This document shows, in pieces, positions 62,401-64,000 of a DNA stretch of 64,000 nt. The notes under the pieces are model-generated. The model was not told the DNA's origin, ran no database searches, and saw nothing but the letters and a program-made list of their open reading frames with translations. The stretch is from NCBI RefSeq assembly GCF_963921235.1, contig NC_086097.1, positions 204,974,001 through 205,038,000 of the forward strand, written 5' to 3'. This DNA is from Mobula hypostoma (taxonomy: Eukaryota). The translations under genes and the position numbers were made by a program. Position 1 is the first letter of the stretch; each line of letters opens with the position of its first letter.

Positions 62401-63285
62401 GAAGTCAGGAGCAGAGTGATCTTGGTGAAACTCAGGCTACGCGACTGTGCTTGTGCTATGTTACTGATGAGAAAAATCACTGTGATAGCACTGTCAATGA
62501 TTTTGCTGATGATTGATAACTAATCTATGGGTAGTTATTAGTTGAATTCAATTTCTTTTGCTTTTTGTGAAAAGGGCATACCTGTGATTTTTTTTCCCCC
62601 AAATTAAGTCAGAATAATGCAGATACTAGAAAACTGAACAAAAAAGCAGACAAGGCTGGAAATGCTGAATACTTAGAAAACATTTATGAAAAGTGACACA
62701 AAGTTAATATTTTATAATGGATATTCAACCTGAAACAGAAGCTTTTCTATTGATATTGCCTGATCTGTTGAGTACTTGTGAATGTGTTTTGTTTCAATTT
62801 TCCCATTTGTTAGTTAATGCCAGTGTTATAACTGCATTGCAACCTTTGGCTGGAGGCAGTTTACAAGTAGATTGCTTCAGTTGTAGCCGCACCATGTTTT
62901 CTTGCCCCGTAGCTTTTGCCTTATCTAATGACCTCAGTCATTACTTGATTTCACTTGCAGTGGATCGAATTGACTGGAGACGGGCTTCTGTGGTGTTGGG
63001 AATATCCAGTGGAAGCCAAGGCAGATCATCTTTTAGACATCATTCCAATTTTCAGTAAATCACCTTCTCAGTGATCTTCATTACCTTCTCACAGATCTCT
63101 CCTTTCACATTTTTGGTCCTCATTCCAGCTAGATGGACACATCTTTCATCAAGATGTTATCACTTATTAACCAATAACACCTTTTTGTTTGCTGGGTCTA
63201 CCACATTTGTCCAGCTACCCCTGAATCACTTGCTAAAAAGACTCTTTAGTCACCTCCCCTTTGTATGAGACAGTGTCTTCTACAT

Positions 63286-63705
63286 TGGAACATAAGAAAT
63301 AAGAGCAGGATTAGGCCATCTGGCCCATCAAGTCTGCTCCACCATTCAATAAGATCATGGCATCTTGCCATTGAATCAACTCCTCCTGCCTGCCTTTTCC
63401 CCATAACACTTAATTCCCCTACTATGCAAAAAATCTATCCAACCTTGTCTAAAATGTATTTACTGGGGTAGCCTCCACTGCTTCATTGGGCAGAGAATTC
63501 CACAGATTCACCACTCTCTGGGAAAAGCAGTCAGTCCCTCCTCATCTCCCTTCTAAATCTACTCCCCAAATCTTGAGGCTATGTCCCCTAGTTCTAGTCT
63601 CACCTACCAGCGGAAACAACATTCCTGCCTCTATCTTATCTATCCCTTTCATTCTTTTGTATGTTTCTATTAGATTTTCTCTCATTCTTCTGAATTCCAG
63701 TGAGA
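63286..63705 (-). mobile_element. CR1 3' fragment (older CR1 remnants follow to the window end)
   Basis: aacataagaaataagagcaggattaggccatctggccc UTR and gaattccacagattcaccactctctg (QRVVNLWNS). Confidence 0.85.
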
Positions 63706-64000
63706 AAAATGCATACATTGTTCCTGACTCCCTGCATCTACTCTACTGAGCTATGTAAGCATATGTAATTTTGAAAAAGAGTACCTCTCATTCTTCAAAA
63801 CTCTAGTGAATACAGGCCCAATAAACCCATTCTCACATCATATGGTAAACCCAGTCGAGGGAATCTTTCAGTACTCTCTAAATAGGAAGTACTTTTATTT
63901 TTCGAGGGAAGCCGATGGAAATTATACAAAATATTCCTGGTATAATCTCATCAATGTTTGACCTACTTGCAGTAAGATATTCCTTGGAGTTTAGAAGAAT

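Noticed and set aside
1..64000. CRISPR arrays, prokaryotic operons or defence systems
   Set aside because: The sequence is vertebrate repeat-rich DNA; there is no repeat-spacer array or operon-like gene packing.

Overview
This is a repeat-dense vertebrate genomic window. It is most likely from a cartilaginous fish (shark or ray), inferred from the CR1, Rex1/Babar, DeuSINE and Penelope repeat mix. I could not support any host protein-coding exon. Most of the window is CR1 LINE copies of several ages, together with Rex1/Babar, RTE and L2 fragments, Penelope-derived hairpins carrying degenerate hammerhead-ribozyme motifs, two Tc1/mariner elements each with a nested hAT, a probable solo LTR, SINEs and a small DNA transposon with a 6-bp TSD. 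The most notable structure is at 43908-50809: an internally deleted AcademX-type DNA transposon with ~130-bp TAG...CTA TIRs, an AGA TSD, and coding remnants of the transposase C-terminus, an XPG/PIN nuclease and a Cys8 zinc finger. It is inserted into a Penelope hammerhead remnant and has itself received an RTE (which carries a CR1) and a young CR1. That young CR1 landed in frame, giving an 843-codon Academ-CR1 chimeric ORF that is one base away from a ~1277-aa Academ-endonuclease-RT fusion. The Academ part inside the fusion has no stop codons, whereas the part left outside has four. Family assignments come from motif recognition, not database searches, and boundaries of old elements are approximate.
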